Shown here in pieces: positions 30,402 through 40,995 of a DNA stretch of 64,000 bases; the first letter of the stretch is position 1, and every line of letters begins with the position of its first letter. The DNA comes from an uncultured Nitrososphaerota archaeon (GTDB lineage: Archaea > Thermoproteota > Nitrososphaeria > Conexivisphaerales > DTJL01): NCBI GenBank assembly GCA_963842885.1, contig CAWJIE010000003.1, forward strand, positions 512,459-576,458. Direction: 5' to 3'. A program made the translations under genes and the position numbers. The notes under the pieces are model-generated. The model saw only the letters and a program-made list of their open reading frames with translations, was not told the DNA's origin and ran no database searches.

Positions 30402-31151
30402 CTAGGGGGACCACGGCTTCGCCCTCTCCCACTGATCGCGGAAGAGGTCGCCCGCCCAGCCGAGAAATATTGGGTCCCTACCATAGAAGCCAGCATAGTC
30501 TACCCCCCCTCCAATCAGACGAAGGCACACGACGGCCTCCTTGTCCGTGATGGCCATGATCGCTGGGATGTCGGAGAGGCTCCTCACTTCGACGTTTTGT
30601 GCGGTTGCAGGCGGGCTCACGTTAGCAAGAAGGAGACGCTCTGGAGTGAGGAACCTGAACTTCACTCCCTTGCTGGTCTTTTCGTTCACCGTTCTCCCTG
30701 CAGATTCGAGGGCCTGTTCTCCAATGGCCCACACGAACTCCTCGGCCTCGCTGAACATCTTTCCAACCCTGTTGAAGTTCTCTATCGTGTCCGTCGTCAG
30801 TTCCGTCTGTGAGAGCTCCCCTATCCTGTTCACGAACTGATGGGGGAGGCAGGAGACGTCATGATTCAGGAAGTACTCCCTGTGCTTGAATATGAACTCC
30901 GAAGAGGCGGAGAGGTGGAGCTCGAGTCTGCCATATTCCGTGATGGTGTAGGAACCATCGGGCTTCCTTCGGATGAGGGAGGCCTCGCTCAAGCGTTGCA
31001 GCTGCCTGACAGCTTCTGTCGCAGTCATGTCGAGTCGGCGAGCAACCTCCTGAGTCTTGAGATCTTTCTTCTGTAGCTCACGCAGAATGCCGAGCCTGCT
31101 TTCACTGGCAAGTTCGAGGAACAGCCTTTCGACTCCTTCTCGGTCTTCCAA
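30402..31151 (-). CDS. ArsR-type wHTH transcriptional regulator (DUF1724/FilR1-like)
   Basis: LFLELASESRLGIL...RQLQRLSEASLI...YTITEYG, FVNRIGEL; probable TTG start. Confidence 0.82.
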   Translation of the reverse strand: MEDREGVERLFLELASESRLGILRELQKKDLKTQEVARRLDMTATEAVRQLQRLSEASLIRRKPDGSYTITEYGRLELHLSASSEFIFKHREYFLNHDVSCLPHQFVNRIGELSQTELTTDTIENFNRVGKMFSEAEEFVWAIGEQALESAGRTVNEKTSKGVKFRFLTPERLLLANVSPPATAQNVEVRSLSDIPAIMAITDKEAVVCLRLIGGGVDYAGFYGRDPIFLGWAGDLFRDQWERAKPWSP

Positions 31152-31432
31152 GCTCCTTCGCCGATGTTCAAGCGTTTGCGTCTCCACATTATTATCCGTT
31201 GCACACCCCATCGAACAGAGAGAGTCACCACCGCCCTTCGGACCAATGTAAGATTGTACACAGCTTTGCTTACCGGTGAACATCTGAATCAACCAAGGAT
31301 TATCGGCACCGCTATCGGCACCACTGACTCAGGCAAGTGAAATTCGGCAATGTCTGAAAGCAAGATGTTTGAGAAGGAAGAGCTTCTTGCGGACCCCCGG
31401 AGGGCGCAAGGCAACGACGGAGATGAAGGGGA

Positions 31433-32164
31433 ATGACGATTCCAGCCTCGAATGCCGAGACTGCGGACGCTCCATGGAAGAGCCTTTACCGAATTGGTGG
31501 GGTGGGGGGCCTAGTTGCAGGGACACTCATCGTAATTGACCTCCTCGTATTCATGTTGTGGCCGCAACCCAGCACAATTGACGGGTGGTTCGGGCTGTTT
31601 CGAAGGAATTGGCTAGTCGGACTCCTGGACCTTGACCTCCTGGGCATGATTGCGTATGTTTTCACTTTCCCCATCGTCCTTTCCCTCTACTTCTCCCTAA
31701 GAAGGACGAGCCAATCTTGGATGTCGATAGCTACCACCCTCACCTTCGTCGGGATATCTGCATACTTCGCCTCGAACACCGCTCTCTCCATGCTCTCTCT
31801 CAGCAATCAATATGCGGCTGCAACGACTGACGCGCAGAGGTCAATTCTTCTGGCGGCAGGACAAGCGATGCTCGCTCTCTTCTTGGGTCCTGCGTTCACC
31901 GAGAGCTACATCCTCGTATCGTCCTCGCTCCTGATTACCGCAATTGTCATGCTGCTAAGCAAGAGTGAATTCAGCGGGAGAACTGCCTACGTAGGGATAC
32001 TTGCGAATCTGGCCGGAGTGGGACAGTACGTTCCCATCGTGATCACCAGCCTGGCCCTTGGAATAACGAACTGTATTGCTCTAGGGGTTTGGTTCATTCT
32101 GATTGGTCGGAGGCTCCTACGGTCGGGGGAGGCTGGTTCCAAGGTGGAGAGGAATCCGAAATGA
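31433..32164 (+). CDS. DUF4386-like membrane protein
   Basis: Multi-TM, SMLSLSNQYAAATTDAQRSILLAAGQAMLA. Confidence 0.75.
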   Translation: MTIPASNAETADAPWKSLYRIGGVGGLVAGTLIVIDLLVFMLWPQPSTIDGWFGLFRRNWLVGLLDLDLLGMIAYVFTFPIVLSLYFSLRRTSQSWMSIATTLTFVGISAYFASNTALSMLSLSNQYAAATTDAQRSILLAAGQAMLALFLGPAFTESYILVSSSLLITAIVMLLSKSEFSGRTAYVGILANLAGVGQYVPIVITSLALGITNCIALGVWFILIGRRLLRSGEAGSKVERNPK

Positions 32165-32571
32165 CATGGATGCCCTCTCTGAACGTCCTGGCACGGTACC
32201 TGATCGCCTCGGTGGTTGCCAGCCATGGAATAACCTACACCATGTATGCCGCACTAAACGGACAGACACTCGCAGGGTGGAGGGGAAGTTCTTGGCTTCT
32301 CGGCAGTGTTGCTACGGCTAACACGCTCAAGACACTCACGCTCGCTCTCTGGGTGATGGCCGGGGTCGGATTCATTGCCGCCGGAATCGCAATCGCATTC
32401 CCTTCTTCGTTCCAAGGATTCTGGCCCCCGCTGGCTATCGGTGCTTCATTGGTTGGCTTGCTGAGCTTCGCAGCCCTGTGGGACGGGCAGGTCCAACTTC
32501 TGGCAAGGCAAGGCTTCATCGGCGCGGTCCTCAGCTTGATCATCCTCATCTGCGCGATTGTGCTTCCATGA
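32161..32571 (+). CDS. Membrane protein (4 TM)
   Basis: Hydrophobic ORF coupled (ATGA overlap) to the upstream gene. Confidence 0.7.
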   Translation: MTWMPSLNVLARYLIASVVASHGITYTMYAALNGQTLAGWRGSSWLLGSVATANTLKTLTLALWVMAGVGFIAAGIAIAFPSSFQGFWPPLAIGASLVGLLSFAALWDGQVQLLARQGFIGAVLSLIILICAIVLP

Positions 32572-32660
32572 GCCCTCAGCAGAGTTCGGCTCCCCTATTC
32601 GCCTACGAGGGACGACAGGAAAGAAGCGTAGAACATCATGGAATGACGGCTAGCCTCTCA

Positions 32661-32829
32661 GGGGCCGGGCGATATTAGTACCTATTACGGGTTCAAGTCT
32701 CAAAAAGGCGATGTAAGATATGCAAGATAGATGCGCGTCTATTTCAATACAATATTGGATTTGCTGACAAAACATGCGTTATTCTCATACCCGTTTCATT
32801 GGGGGCCGCGTCAACAACCACACGAGTCG
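32661..32829 (+). repeat. Element E copy 3
   Basis: ggggccgggcgatattagtacctattacgggttcaagtct...ttattctcatacccgtttcattgggggccgcgtcaacaaccacacgagtcg; arm spacing 108 bp. Confidence 0.85.
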
Positions 32830-32965
32830 TTCCTGACGGGACATCGAAATCCGTGGGTCCTGGAATCATGTACTTCAGGGTCTGGATCTACTTGGATAGA
32901 GACCCGCAGTCGGCGTCGATTGTTCCGAGGAATCCGAACGGCACAAAGCACGAATGCCCCCGTCC

Positions 32966-33421
32966 CTAATCGTAATCTGCGTAGAGATCTGCGCCCCGCT
33001 CAGGCTCAGGGCCCTCCCTGCGGCCGATCAACTCCCAGCGGATCCTCGTCAGGAGGTTTGGGTGGAGGCGGGTGAGGCTTTGGAAGGACCACGGCGTCAG
33101 AACGAAACAGCGAGTGGCCTCAAGGGCGACGACTTCCGGCGGGTAATTCCAACCGCCCAGAAGGACCGGGCCACCGAAGAAGTCCCCCTTGCCGAGCTCC
33201 GAGGTCGGCTGTCCTCCCCTCTTCAACTGGACCCTCCCCTCCAGTATCATGTAGAAGGGCACCTTCCGGTCGTCTTGCGCCACCAGCGTCTCCTTGGCCC
33301 CGAACCTCCTTTCCTCGCCTAGCCTGACTATGAGTCTCAGCTCCGGCCTTCGGAAACCCGCAAATAGGGTCATTAAGGCGAGCTCCTGCGTAAGGCCTTC
33401 GGGCAGACCCCTGTGCATCAC
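32966..33421 (-). CDS. Cyclic-nucleotide-binding (CAP_ED-like) domain protein, degenerate
   Basis: LFAGF...FYMILEGRVQL...LGKGDFFGG...VVALEATRC. Confidence 0.72.
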   Translation of the reverse strand: MMHRGLPEGLTQELALMTLFAGFRRPELRLIVRLGEERRFGAKETLVAQDDRKVPFYMILEGRVQLKRGGQPTSELGKGDFFGGPVLLGGWNYPPEVVALEATRCFVLTPWSFQSLTRLHPNLLTRIRWELIGRREGPEPERGADLYADYD

Positions 33422-33672
33422 CAGCCAGCACGGCGTCTGAGCATTTGAGCTTTCCCTGAACCCTCATGAGTCGGACGAATCGCCCGCAGTATCCCCTTAG
33501 GGTGATCCTGCGCGACCTTCGGAAGTCGTGCGCTGGTCGGAGGCACAAGCATGAGACGCCGGGTTCAAGCCGTCTGTGGATGACTCCATCGCCGAAGTAG
33601 CCCAACTATGAGCCCTTTCGGCAGAAGCGACCGGCCGAAGCGCGCGCAGTCCGATGGTCGAAGCTCATACTT

Positions 33673-34504
33673 CTACTTCTTCATTATGAAGCACAACTTG
33701 TAGTAAGGAGGCACTATCCTCGTCTGAATGCCCGAAAAGGCGGGAGCGGTGGCATGCAGGCCTGCAGCGTCGTGATGATGGGGTTCTGTGCCCGCGATGT
33801 GCATGTCGAACGGGTGTGAATGGTTGCTTGCGGCCACGCTGACCACTCCCTCCGCGTCGGGATCCAGGACCGGATACACTCTCACAGACTTCATCAGAGA
33901 GGGCCCGATGACCGGCATGACGTGCTGCTCCGAGAGCTTGATACCGTGCAATTGCGCTCAAATTGACCTCACCCGCGTCAGCCTGTGAGAAGGAACTCAC
34001 TGCACGGGCGTTGTGGGAGTGAGAACTTTCATCGGCGGTGGTCCCAGTTATGGCCGGCGCCGAAACAGTGCCTGCAGGAGTGTAATCAGCAGAACCGCCC
34101 GTTCCACCGGTTTCTTCTCCATCGCCAACAGATAGGATGAACCTGTCACGCAGATCGGGCGTGCCGTTCGTGCCGTCGCAAAGCGCCCAACCCTCCGGAA
34201 TGTCGGCGCGAGGGCCAGACCACATCACGATTATCCCTGGGACCACTGGACCCGCGGGGCCGGGGATCCCCTGCGCGCCCTGTAGGCCCTGGGGTCCTGG
34301 TAAACCATCTATGCCCGGCGGACCCTGGGGGCCTGGTGCCCCGTCTTTACCATCCCCTCCGGGCGGACCTTGCGGGCCAGCATCGCCCTTTAGCCCAGGC
34401 GGGCCGGGCTGCCCTTGAAACAACTCAGCCTCAGGGGCGCCGCATTTCGGGCAGACCCTTGCCCCTATAGGCGTCGTCACTCCGCAGTTCCAACACAGAG
34501 GCAT
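33673..34504 (-). CDS. Zn-ribbon + collagen repeat + phage tail-collar domain protein (frameshift near 33960)
   Basis: CWNC..CPKC; (Gly-X-Y)n; GIIVMWSG...[23 protein letters not shown]; C-terminal [12 protein letters not shown] lies in another frame. Confidence 0.8.
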
Positions 34505-34717
34505 GATTAGCGAATATGAAAAGTCGTTATAAAAGCATACGGATTACAGAACGATTCCCTTTCGGAGTCTTTCATCAGTCATTAGCATCCCTCTCTCGAC
34601 TTGTAACAATTAGGTATAGGAGGCGATGACGTTTCAATAGGTTAATCATCTCTATGTTATTGAAAACAATAGGTTAATTGAGTGAGAGGAGGGACGCCCC
34701 ACGCTCGGAGCGTATGT

Positions 34718-34978
34718 TTATCCCAAGTGAAGGTAGCCAGTAACGTAGTAAGAACAATCATTTGAGAAACTCGGTATGCCAATATAGTAGGGCGAAAGAT
34801 GCGCAGCTTGGTGTGACTGCACGTTTAGTCCACCAAACCCAAGGTAGTAGCAGGTCACAGATGCCTTTCCATAGAACAGGTAGTTGTCTACAGAGATGAC
34901 GGGAAAGAATATCGCCACCACCAACACCGCCACGACTACGGCTGTCCCAGCGATGAGGGCTTTCCTCAGCCTGTTCAA
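34718..34978 (-). CDS. Small membrane-anchored protein
   Basis: 86 aa with an N-terminal TM helix; its 5' end is duplicated at 40996-41087. Confidence 0.65.
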   Translation of the reverse strand: MNRLRKALIAGTAVVVAVLVVAIFFPVISVDNYLFYGKASVTCYYLGFGGLNVQSHQAAHLSPYYIGIPSFSNDCSYYVTGYLHLG

Positions 34979-35349
34979 CCTTCGAAATCACATCTCGCCA
35001 AGCGTCTCATGAGCTCTTCTCGTTCTTATACGATGCGACCTGCTCTTGGTCTGGACGTAGGCTTGGACCTGCGAATGGGCCCTCCGATGTCTGTCGCTGC
35101 TGGAAAAAGGAATTAATGCTCTTTAGGCAGGCCAGTTTCCTTGAGACAATTACCGGTCTGCTCAAGCTGCAGCTCAGGCAAATCGGTGATTCACCCTTTC
35201 GAGGGGGCCTTCACCTAATGCCCCACATCTAGATTCGTAGAAATCCGATAGCCTTGGAAGATTCTACGTTCTAGTCCTATACGTCTTGCTTAATAGAATA
35301 AATAAAAAGGGGTGTTGGGGATGAAGCGACAAACTCCATCCTCAACTTC

Positions 35350-36309
35350 CTACGTCAGTATCGCTCTGCTTACTAGAGTCTGGACGATGTTAACCTTGTA
35401 GTGGTTGTTGGTCATCGGAACGGCGTCGGCTACTGCGGCAGCTCCAGCGGCCGCTGCTACTGTGGAACTGATGGCGTTGCCTTTCAGGGCGGTCTCTGCT
35501 CCAGTCGCCTCGATCGGAGTCGGAGCGACTCCACCCAGCCAGATGTTGGCCGTGGTGATGGTCGATGTCGCCGGCGCACACATCAGGCCCACGCTCGCGA
35601 TGGCGAAGTCGAAGCTCTGCCTGAGCTGTTGCTTGATGAAGACCTGCTTGTTGCCCGTCGGAGGAGTCGGCACGTCTATTTCAGTAATGATTTCGTCGGC
35701 GGCGAGGACGTGACCCGGAGAGAGGTCCTTGAAGAACTGGCTGATCGGTATGGTCTGCTTGCTCGTCTTGACCGATGCCCCGAGGGCGAGCAGCGCGATG
35801 GCAGTGTCCGACGCGGCCACGGCGTTGCAACCTCCAGCTCCGCCGAATATGCTGTGGAATGTGTTGTCTCCAGCCGTCGCGTAGCATGTGCTTCCTCCCT
35901 TCCTCAGGCAGTTGAACAGGTCGTACTCCCAGCGGTAGTACCAGCACCAGACCTCCTGGCTGATGTTTCCACCTATGGTCCCTATGTTCCTGATGTTCGG
36001 GGTGGCCACCCAGTTGGCGGCCGTGGCGAGCATGGGGTAGGTGCTAAGGATCGTCGAGTTGGTGGCGACGCTCGCCAGGGTGGCGAGGGCCCCCACGTGC
36101 AGCCCAGACGAATCCGAAGTTATCGCATCGAGGCCAGGAATCGTCTTGAGGTTGATGAGGTAGTCGGGGAGATCATTTCTGATGAACCCCTTCAACTGGT
36201 GAGTCAGGTCCGTCCCTGCGCCTATGACCTTGGCTGCGCTTCCGTACTTGTCCAGCATAGCGACGGCGTCGGCTACCGATGTCGCGTCATAGTGATTGAT
36301 GACTTTCAT
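35350..36309 (-). CDS. Xanthine dehydrogenase family FAD-binding subunit (PaoB/YagS-like)
   Basis: GAGTDL, IRNIGTIGGNI, CWYYR...CLRKGGSTCYA Cys insert. Confidence 0.92.
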   Translation of the reverse strand: MKVINHYDATSVADAVAMLDKYGSAAKVIGAGTDLTHQLKGFIRNDLPDYLINLKTIPGLDAITSDSSGLHVGALATLASVATNSTILSTYPMLATAANWVATPNIRNIGTIGGNISQEVWCWYYRWEYDLFNCLRKGGSTCYATAGDNTFHSIFGGAGGCNAVAASDTAIALLALGASVKTSKQTIPISQFFKDLSPGHVLAADEIITEIDVPTPPTGNKQVFIKQQLRQSFDFAIASVGLMCAPATSTITTANIWLGGVAPTPIEATGAETALKGNAISSTVAAAAGAAAVADAVPMTNNHYKVNIVQTLVSRAILT

Positions 36310-36313
36310 TCTA

Positions 36314-38524
36314 CTACACCACCTTTCCTAACGCCGCCAGAACCTTCCATGGCGTTGCCGGCTGCGACCTGACCCATTTCCCTGTCGCGTTGTAGATTGC
36401 GTTGACGATTGCAGGTCCCGGTGTGGCATTCGGCGGCTCCCCCAAGCCCTTGGCGCCAAACGGACCGTAGATGTCACCCGACTCGACGATGATGGAAGTG
36501 AAGCTGTCCGGGGGCGGTATGTCCATGCTGGTGGGGAACCTGTGGCCCAGGAAGCTGGGGTTCAGCGGAACTCCGTTGTTCTGGTCGACGTACCATTGCC
36601 ACATCAGCTCGAACCCAATGCCATGCACCGCTCCGCTTTGGATCTGACCTTCCGTGCCCAGCCGCGATATGGCCTGTCCCACGTCGTCGGCCGTCACCAT
36701 GTCCAGGACCTCGACGGCACCCGTGTCCTCGTCGACCGCGACCTCGACTGCTGTGGCGACCGTCGTCCTGGTTTGGTGTGAGTAGTCATATGTGTTGTAT
36801 CCCCTGCCCACGATGGGATTTGTAGCGGCGGCCAGGACAGCCGCATGCGTCACGAACTTGGTCGGGTCGCTCGTGAGGAAGATCTTCCCTCCCGCGGCGG
36901 AAAGCTTGTCGGGCGTGGTATTCAGCATGGTGGGCCCGGCGGCGACCGCGAAGAGCTGGTTCTTGACGTCGATACCTGCCTGCATTGTGGCGACTCCAGT
37001 TGTGATTATCCTCGAGCTTCCGGCTTGCATTCCGCAGTCTTGGGTTTCAGCCGTGTTGCCGTAGTTGCCAACCTTCACGTCCCCATAGTTGACGCCTATC
37101 GCTTCGGCCGCGATGCAGGTCTGAGCGGAGGGCGTTTGCTGTATGCCCGTGATGCCGATTATCAGGTAGAACCCGCCGTCGCGAGTCGTGGTGATGAGCA
37201 CGCAGTCGGTATCACCCAGGCGTTGTCCCTTGTTACAGAGGAATCCGCTGATGCCGATTCCATGATACCTGCCGTCGGGGAGCACCTTTGTGCCCGGCTG
37301 ATGCCACTTGGTCGTCCATCCAATGCTGTCGGCCGCCTTCTGGATGCATTCCTGCATGGCCATGCTTGAGAAGGGCAACCCAGTCATGTTGTCTATGTCG
37401 CTCAGGGTCTTCACGTTCTTGAGCCTGAACTGAACGGAGTCCATGCCCAGCTTCTCGCACAACTGTTCGATTACGGGCTCCATGTCGAAGAGGCCACCGG
37501 GCTCTCCTACGGCCCTCCAGTACCCGGTCTTGGGCTTGTTCGTGGTGATCGAGTGACCAGTGAAGCTGGCATTGGGCACATTGTAGGTGATCTCCAGAGG
37601 CGATAACGCGTCGCTCACTGCAGGCCAGGCGTAGGCTCCCACGTCGGTCCAGTATGTGGCTTGTACGGCCATGAGGGTCCCGTCGGCCTTGGCGCCCAGC
37701 TTTATGTCAGCCTTTTCGGCATACTGCTGCGATGCGTTTAGGTACATCTCACGCCTGCTGAGATGGAACTGCACTGGGGCCCCTGCCTTCTTGGCAAGGA
37801 CCGCAGCTACCACGAGCCACTCGTGATGGATCATGTCACCGAAACTCCCTCCGGTGCCGTGGCTGATGACGGTCACGTTGTTCAAAGGAAGGCCTAGGGT
37901 CCCGGCTACCAATTCCTGGTGGAACCATACGTACAGAGAGTTCGTGTAGATAGTGAGCTTATCCTGGTTGCCTGTGTCCCACACGGCGATGCAGGACCTC
38001 GGCTCAAGGAGGGAATGTTGGTACGACGCCGACATCCCTACGGTGTCTTCGACGACTACGTCCGAAGCGGCGAAGCCTGCGCTGACGTCGCCCCAGCTTG
38101 CCGTTATGGGCTCTCCTGCCTCGTTGGTGTTCGGAACGAGTCCGGACAGCGTCTCGTTGGCGATGGCCTTGTCGATGTCCACAACCCACGGCAGCGTCTG
38201 ATACGTCACATTGACCAGTTTCAGGGCCTGGGAAGCGATGTGTCGGTCTGTAGCGGCCACGGCGCACACCTCTTGACCTACATAAAAGAGCTCCTGGGTC
38301 ATTATGGGGCAGTCCACGTACGTCGTGACTGCCTTGACGCCCGGAAGGGCCATCGCGGCGCTGGTGTCTATGGCGGTTATCTTCGCATGGGGGTACGGGC
38401 TGCCCAGCATCCTCGTGTACAGCATCCCTTCGAAGACGTGATCGGTCGAGAAGTCGTGCTTGCCCGTTGCCTTCTGCAGTCCAAGGATGTCCGGGTTAGC
38501 ATTGCCTACCACATTGAGAGACAT
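36314..38524 (-). CDS. Xanthine dehydrogenase family molybdopterin-binding subunit (PaoC-like)
   Basis: SPYPHAKI, GGSFG, RAVGEP, AGSS, EGQIQSG, GAKGLGEP. Confidence 0.95.
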   Translation of the reverse strand: MSLNVVGNANPDILGLQKATGKHDFSTDHVFEGMLYTRMLGSPYPHAKITAIDTSAAMALPGVKAVTTYVDCPIMTQELFYVGQEVCAVAATDRHIASQALKLVNVTYQTLPWVVDIDKAIANETLSGLVPNTNEAGEPITASWGDVSAGFAASDVVVEDTVGMSASYQHSLLEPRSCIAVWDTGNQDKLTIYTNSLYVWFHQELVAGTLGLPLNNVTVISHGTGGSFGDMIHHEWLVVAAVLAKKAGAPVQFHLSRREMYLNASQQYAEKADIKLGAKADGTLMAVQATYWTDVGAYAWPAVSDALSPLEITYNVPNASFTGHSITTNKPKTGYWRAVGEPGGLFDMEPVIEQLCEKLGMDSVQFRLKNVKTLSDIDNMTGLPFSSMAMQECIQKAADSIGWTTKWHQPGTKVLPDGRYHGIGISGFLCNKGQRLGDTDCVLITTTRDGGFYLIIGITGIQQTPSAQTCIAAEAIGVNYGDVKVGNYGNTAETQDCGMQAGSSRIITTGVATMQAGIDVKNQLFAVAAGPTMLNTTPDKLSAAGGKIFLTSDPTKFVTHAAVLAAATNPIVGRGYNTYDYSHQTRTTVATAVEVAVDEDTGAVEVLDMVTADDVGQAISRLGTEGQIQSGAVHGIGFELMWQWYVDQNNGVPLNPSFLGHRFPTSMDIPPPDSFTSIIVESGDIYGPFGAKGLGEPPNATPGPAIVNAIYNATGKWVRSQPATPWKVLAALGKVV

Positions 38525-39504
38525 GTCGAGCTACCTCCCACCAACGCTACGGTCTGCAGAATCTTCATGTAGTTGCCACATACGCACAGGTTGCCCGATA
38601 GGCCCTTTTGTATCTGAGCCATGGTCGGATGGGGGTTGGCATTCAGAAGCGCCCTCGCGGCCATTATGAAGCCTGGAGCACAGTAGCCACACTGAGTTGC
38701 ATCGTTCTGCATCCATGCCGTCTGCAGTGGATCAAGGTTGTTCCCATAGTCGCCACTTATCCCTTCTAGGGTCGTTATCGCGTGGCCTTCCGCTTCAATC
38801 GCCAGGATCTGGCACGAGTTGACGGCCACTCCATCCATCATGATAGTGCATGCCCCGCATTCGCCCAATGAGCAGCCATCCTTCACTGAGAAGAGGTGGA
38901 GCTGTTCCCTGAGCACATCCAGGAGGGAATAGTTGGCCTGTACGAGGAGCGTCTCAGGGTTCCCGTTCACGGTGAGCGTCACTACTTTGGACGCCACCGG
39001 CGGAACTGGCGTCGGAGCGCCGGTCACCATCACCGTCGCAGTGCCGTAGCCCTGCATCCCGTTGCTGTCGGTGACGGTCACGAGGGCCGTGTAGTTCCCG
39101 CCAGCCGTATACGTGTGAGACCCGCTCGCAGTCAGGGTGCTTCCATCGCCGCATGCGATGCTTATGGTGTATGGAGAAGTCCCACCGCTTGGAGTAGCGG
39201 TGAGCGTGACGGAGGAACCTGCTGAAACGGTGCCCGGAGTGGCCGCCAGTGCGACGGTGACTGCCGGTGGCACCACCGTCTTCGTGGTCGTTGCTGTAGT
39301 TGTTGCCGTGGTCGTTGCCGTGGTCGTACCACCCGTGATTGTCTTAGTCGACGTGGATGTGGATGTCTTTGACGGCAGGCCCGGTATCCTTATCCCTTCC
39401 TCGACACCTGCCACAACTACGGCGCCCACCACTGCGCCTGCTCCTGCTCCCTTCAAGAAGTCCCTTCTCGTCGTTTGCTTCTTTTCGGTAGTTTCTGTTG
39501 TCAT
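38506..39504 (-). CDS. 2x[2Fe-2S] subunit (PaoA-like) with Tat signal, Thr-rich linker and PKD-like domain
   Basis: TRRDFLK; poly-Thr; GDGSTL..SHTYTAGGNYTALVTVTDS; GCSLGECGAC; QCGYC...CVC. Confidence 0.92.
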   Translation of the reverse strand: MTTETTEKKQTTRRDFLKGAGAGAVVGAVVVAGVEEGIRIPGLPSKTSTSTSTKTITGGTTTATTTATTTATTTKTVVPPAVTVALAATPGTVSAGSSVTLTATPSGGTSPYTISIACGDGSTLTASGSHTYTAGGNYTALVTVTDSNGMQGYGTATVMVTGAPTPVPPVASKVVTLTVNGNPETLLVQANYSLLDVLREQLHLFSVKDGCSLGECGACTIMMDGVAVNSCQILAIEAEGHAITTLEGISGDYGNNLDPLQTAWMQNDATQCGYCAPGFIMAARALLNANPHPTMAQIQKGLSGNLCVCGNYMKILQTVALVGGSSTCLSMW

Positions 39505-39776
39505 CTAGGAGCTACCTCCTAGTTGACAAAATCGTTTTCCTCTAGTAAGGAGAAAATTCATGGTCGTGAGTATTACACTCTCCAGACACCCAATCCAACT
39601 TCGCAGCTAATAAGCATTTGAAGCACCAAAAGCCATACATATAATGCGCTGTGTGTGTAGCACATCCAATAATCTTTATGTTATTGGAGGCAACTCATCA
39701 ATTCAACGAGAACGAAAGCAGGCACGCGCTCACGATAGCTTTGGATTTCTATTGCTACTGGAAAGAATCTGCTGAC

Positions 39777-40925
39777 CTAAAAGTATGTTCCCGCAGGAAT
39801 GCCAGTTTCATACTCCGCGATCCAGATATGCCAAAAGCCGGAGGCGTTAGAGCTCAAGGCCATGAACGTCCCGTTGGTGGGGTCCCAACTGGGCTGCGTC
39901 GACTGTGCCTTCGGCGGACCCATCCTCATTATGGTGTTGTTGCTCACGCTCCAGACGTAGACCCCCAAGCCGGAAGACGAGCTGTTGAGCACGCACGCCA
40001 CAAGGCCGCCAACGGGGCTCCAACGTAGCGGGTCCGCGGAGATGACGTTCCCTGGACGCTCCCGGGCAGTATCACCGACCTTCAAGTAAGGGTACGACCC
40101 ATGGTAGTTACGCAGGCCGACGGTCCAGACGTCACCCTCGGTTATGTTCAGCAGGTTGACCCAGACGTTAACGCCTGCAGGAGGCGGTAGCTGCGACACC
40201 AACCCCGTCCAGTTTGAATAGTAGGCTATCATGGTGCCGTCTGAGCTTATCGCCCCCGCCCAGTAGTTGGCTCCGCCTGGGCTCAGGATCCCTGTCTGGC
40301 CCGACGTCAGGTTCGTCCATTCCATCACATAGAGTCCGCCTTCTGTATCAGTGTAGACCACCCTGTCCTTCCCGGCCCAGATGGGATTGAAGTCGAGGCT
40401 GTTCACCGCCGCTATAACGCGCTCTGCGTGTGTGCTCATGTCCACGCACATGAGCTGCAAAGTCGACGCCTCCACGTAGAAGAGGAGGTGCGTCCCGTCC
40501 GGGCTCCACACGGGGGTCATGTTCACCGCGTCACCACCGCTGCCGCTCACGGTGACAGTGGAGAGGCTCGAAAGGGTGACCACCCTAATCGAAGCGTTGT
40601 TTCCCTCCAGGCTCCAGTAGGCGATGCGCGACGAGTCGGGGCTCCAAGAGGGATTGGCCGCTACTATGCCCGACGGGGTGAGCTGCCTTTCCCCCGTGCC
40701 CTGGGGGGTAATGACGTAGATCCCCCATCCTCCGTTGCGGTCCGAGGAGAACGCTATCAGCGTCCCGTCCGGGCTCCAGGCGGGGGACGTATCGTTCCAT
40801 GAGCCGGACGTGAGGACCCCGTAGCTCAACGGCTTGGTGTTCTTGAACCCAGGAGATGGTAGGTTCACCGTTACCAGAACCGGCACAACGCAAAGGCCGA
40901 GCACCAGAATGACCGCCCCTGCCAT
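39777..40925 (-). CDS. TolB-like / PD40 beta-propeller protein, membrane-anchored
   Basis: Repeated PAWSPDG, PSWSPDS, PVWSPDG; N-terminal TM. Confidence 0.88.
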   Translation of the reverse strand: MAGAVILVLGLCVVPVLVTVNLPSPGFKNTKPLSYGVLTSGSWNDTSPAWSPDGTLIAFSSDRNGGWGIYVITPQGTGERQLTPSGIVAANPSWSPDSSRIAYWSLEGNNASIRVVTLSSLSTVTVSGSGGDAVNMTPVWSPDGTHLLFYVEASTLQLMCVDMSTHAERVIAAVNSLDFNPIWAGKDRVVYTDTEGGLYVMEWTNLTSGQTGILSPGGANYWAGAISSDGTMIAYYSNWTGLVSQLPPPAGVNVWVNLLNITEGDVWTVGLRNYHGSYPYLKVGDTARERPGNVISADPLRWSPVGGLVACVLNSSSSGLGVYVWSVSNNTIMRMGPPKAQSTQPSWDPTNGTFMALSSNASGFWHIWIAEYETGIPAGTYF

Positions 40926-40995
40926 CGTTGCACGGGAGGACCGCACGGGACTGGTGATGGTATTCACATACTTAAATCTGTAATATACGCGCAAG

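Noticed and set aside
32687-32800. Element E as a replication origin (ORB boxes flanking an AT-rich core)
   Set aside because: Only weak similarity to the ORB consensus, no G-string and no adjacent orc1/cdc6
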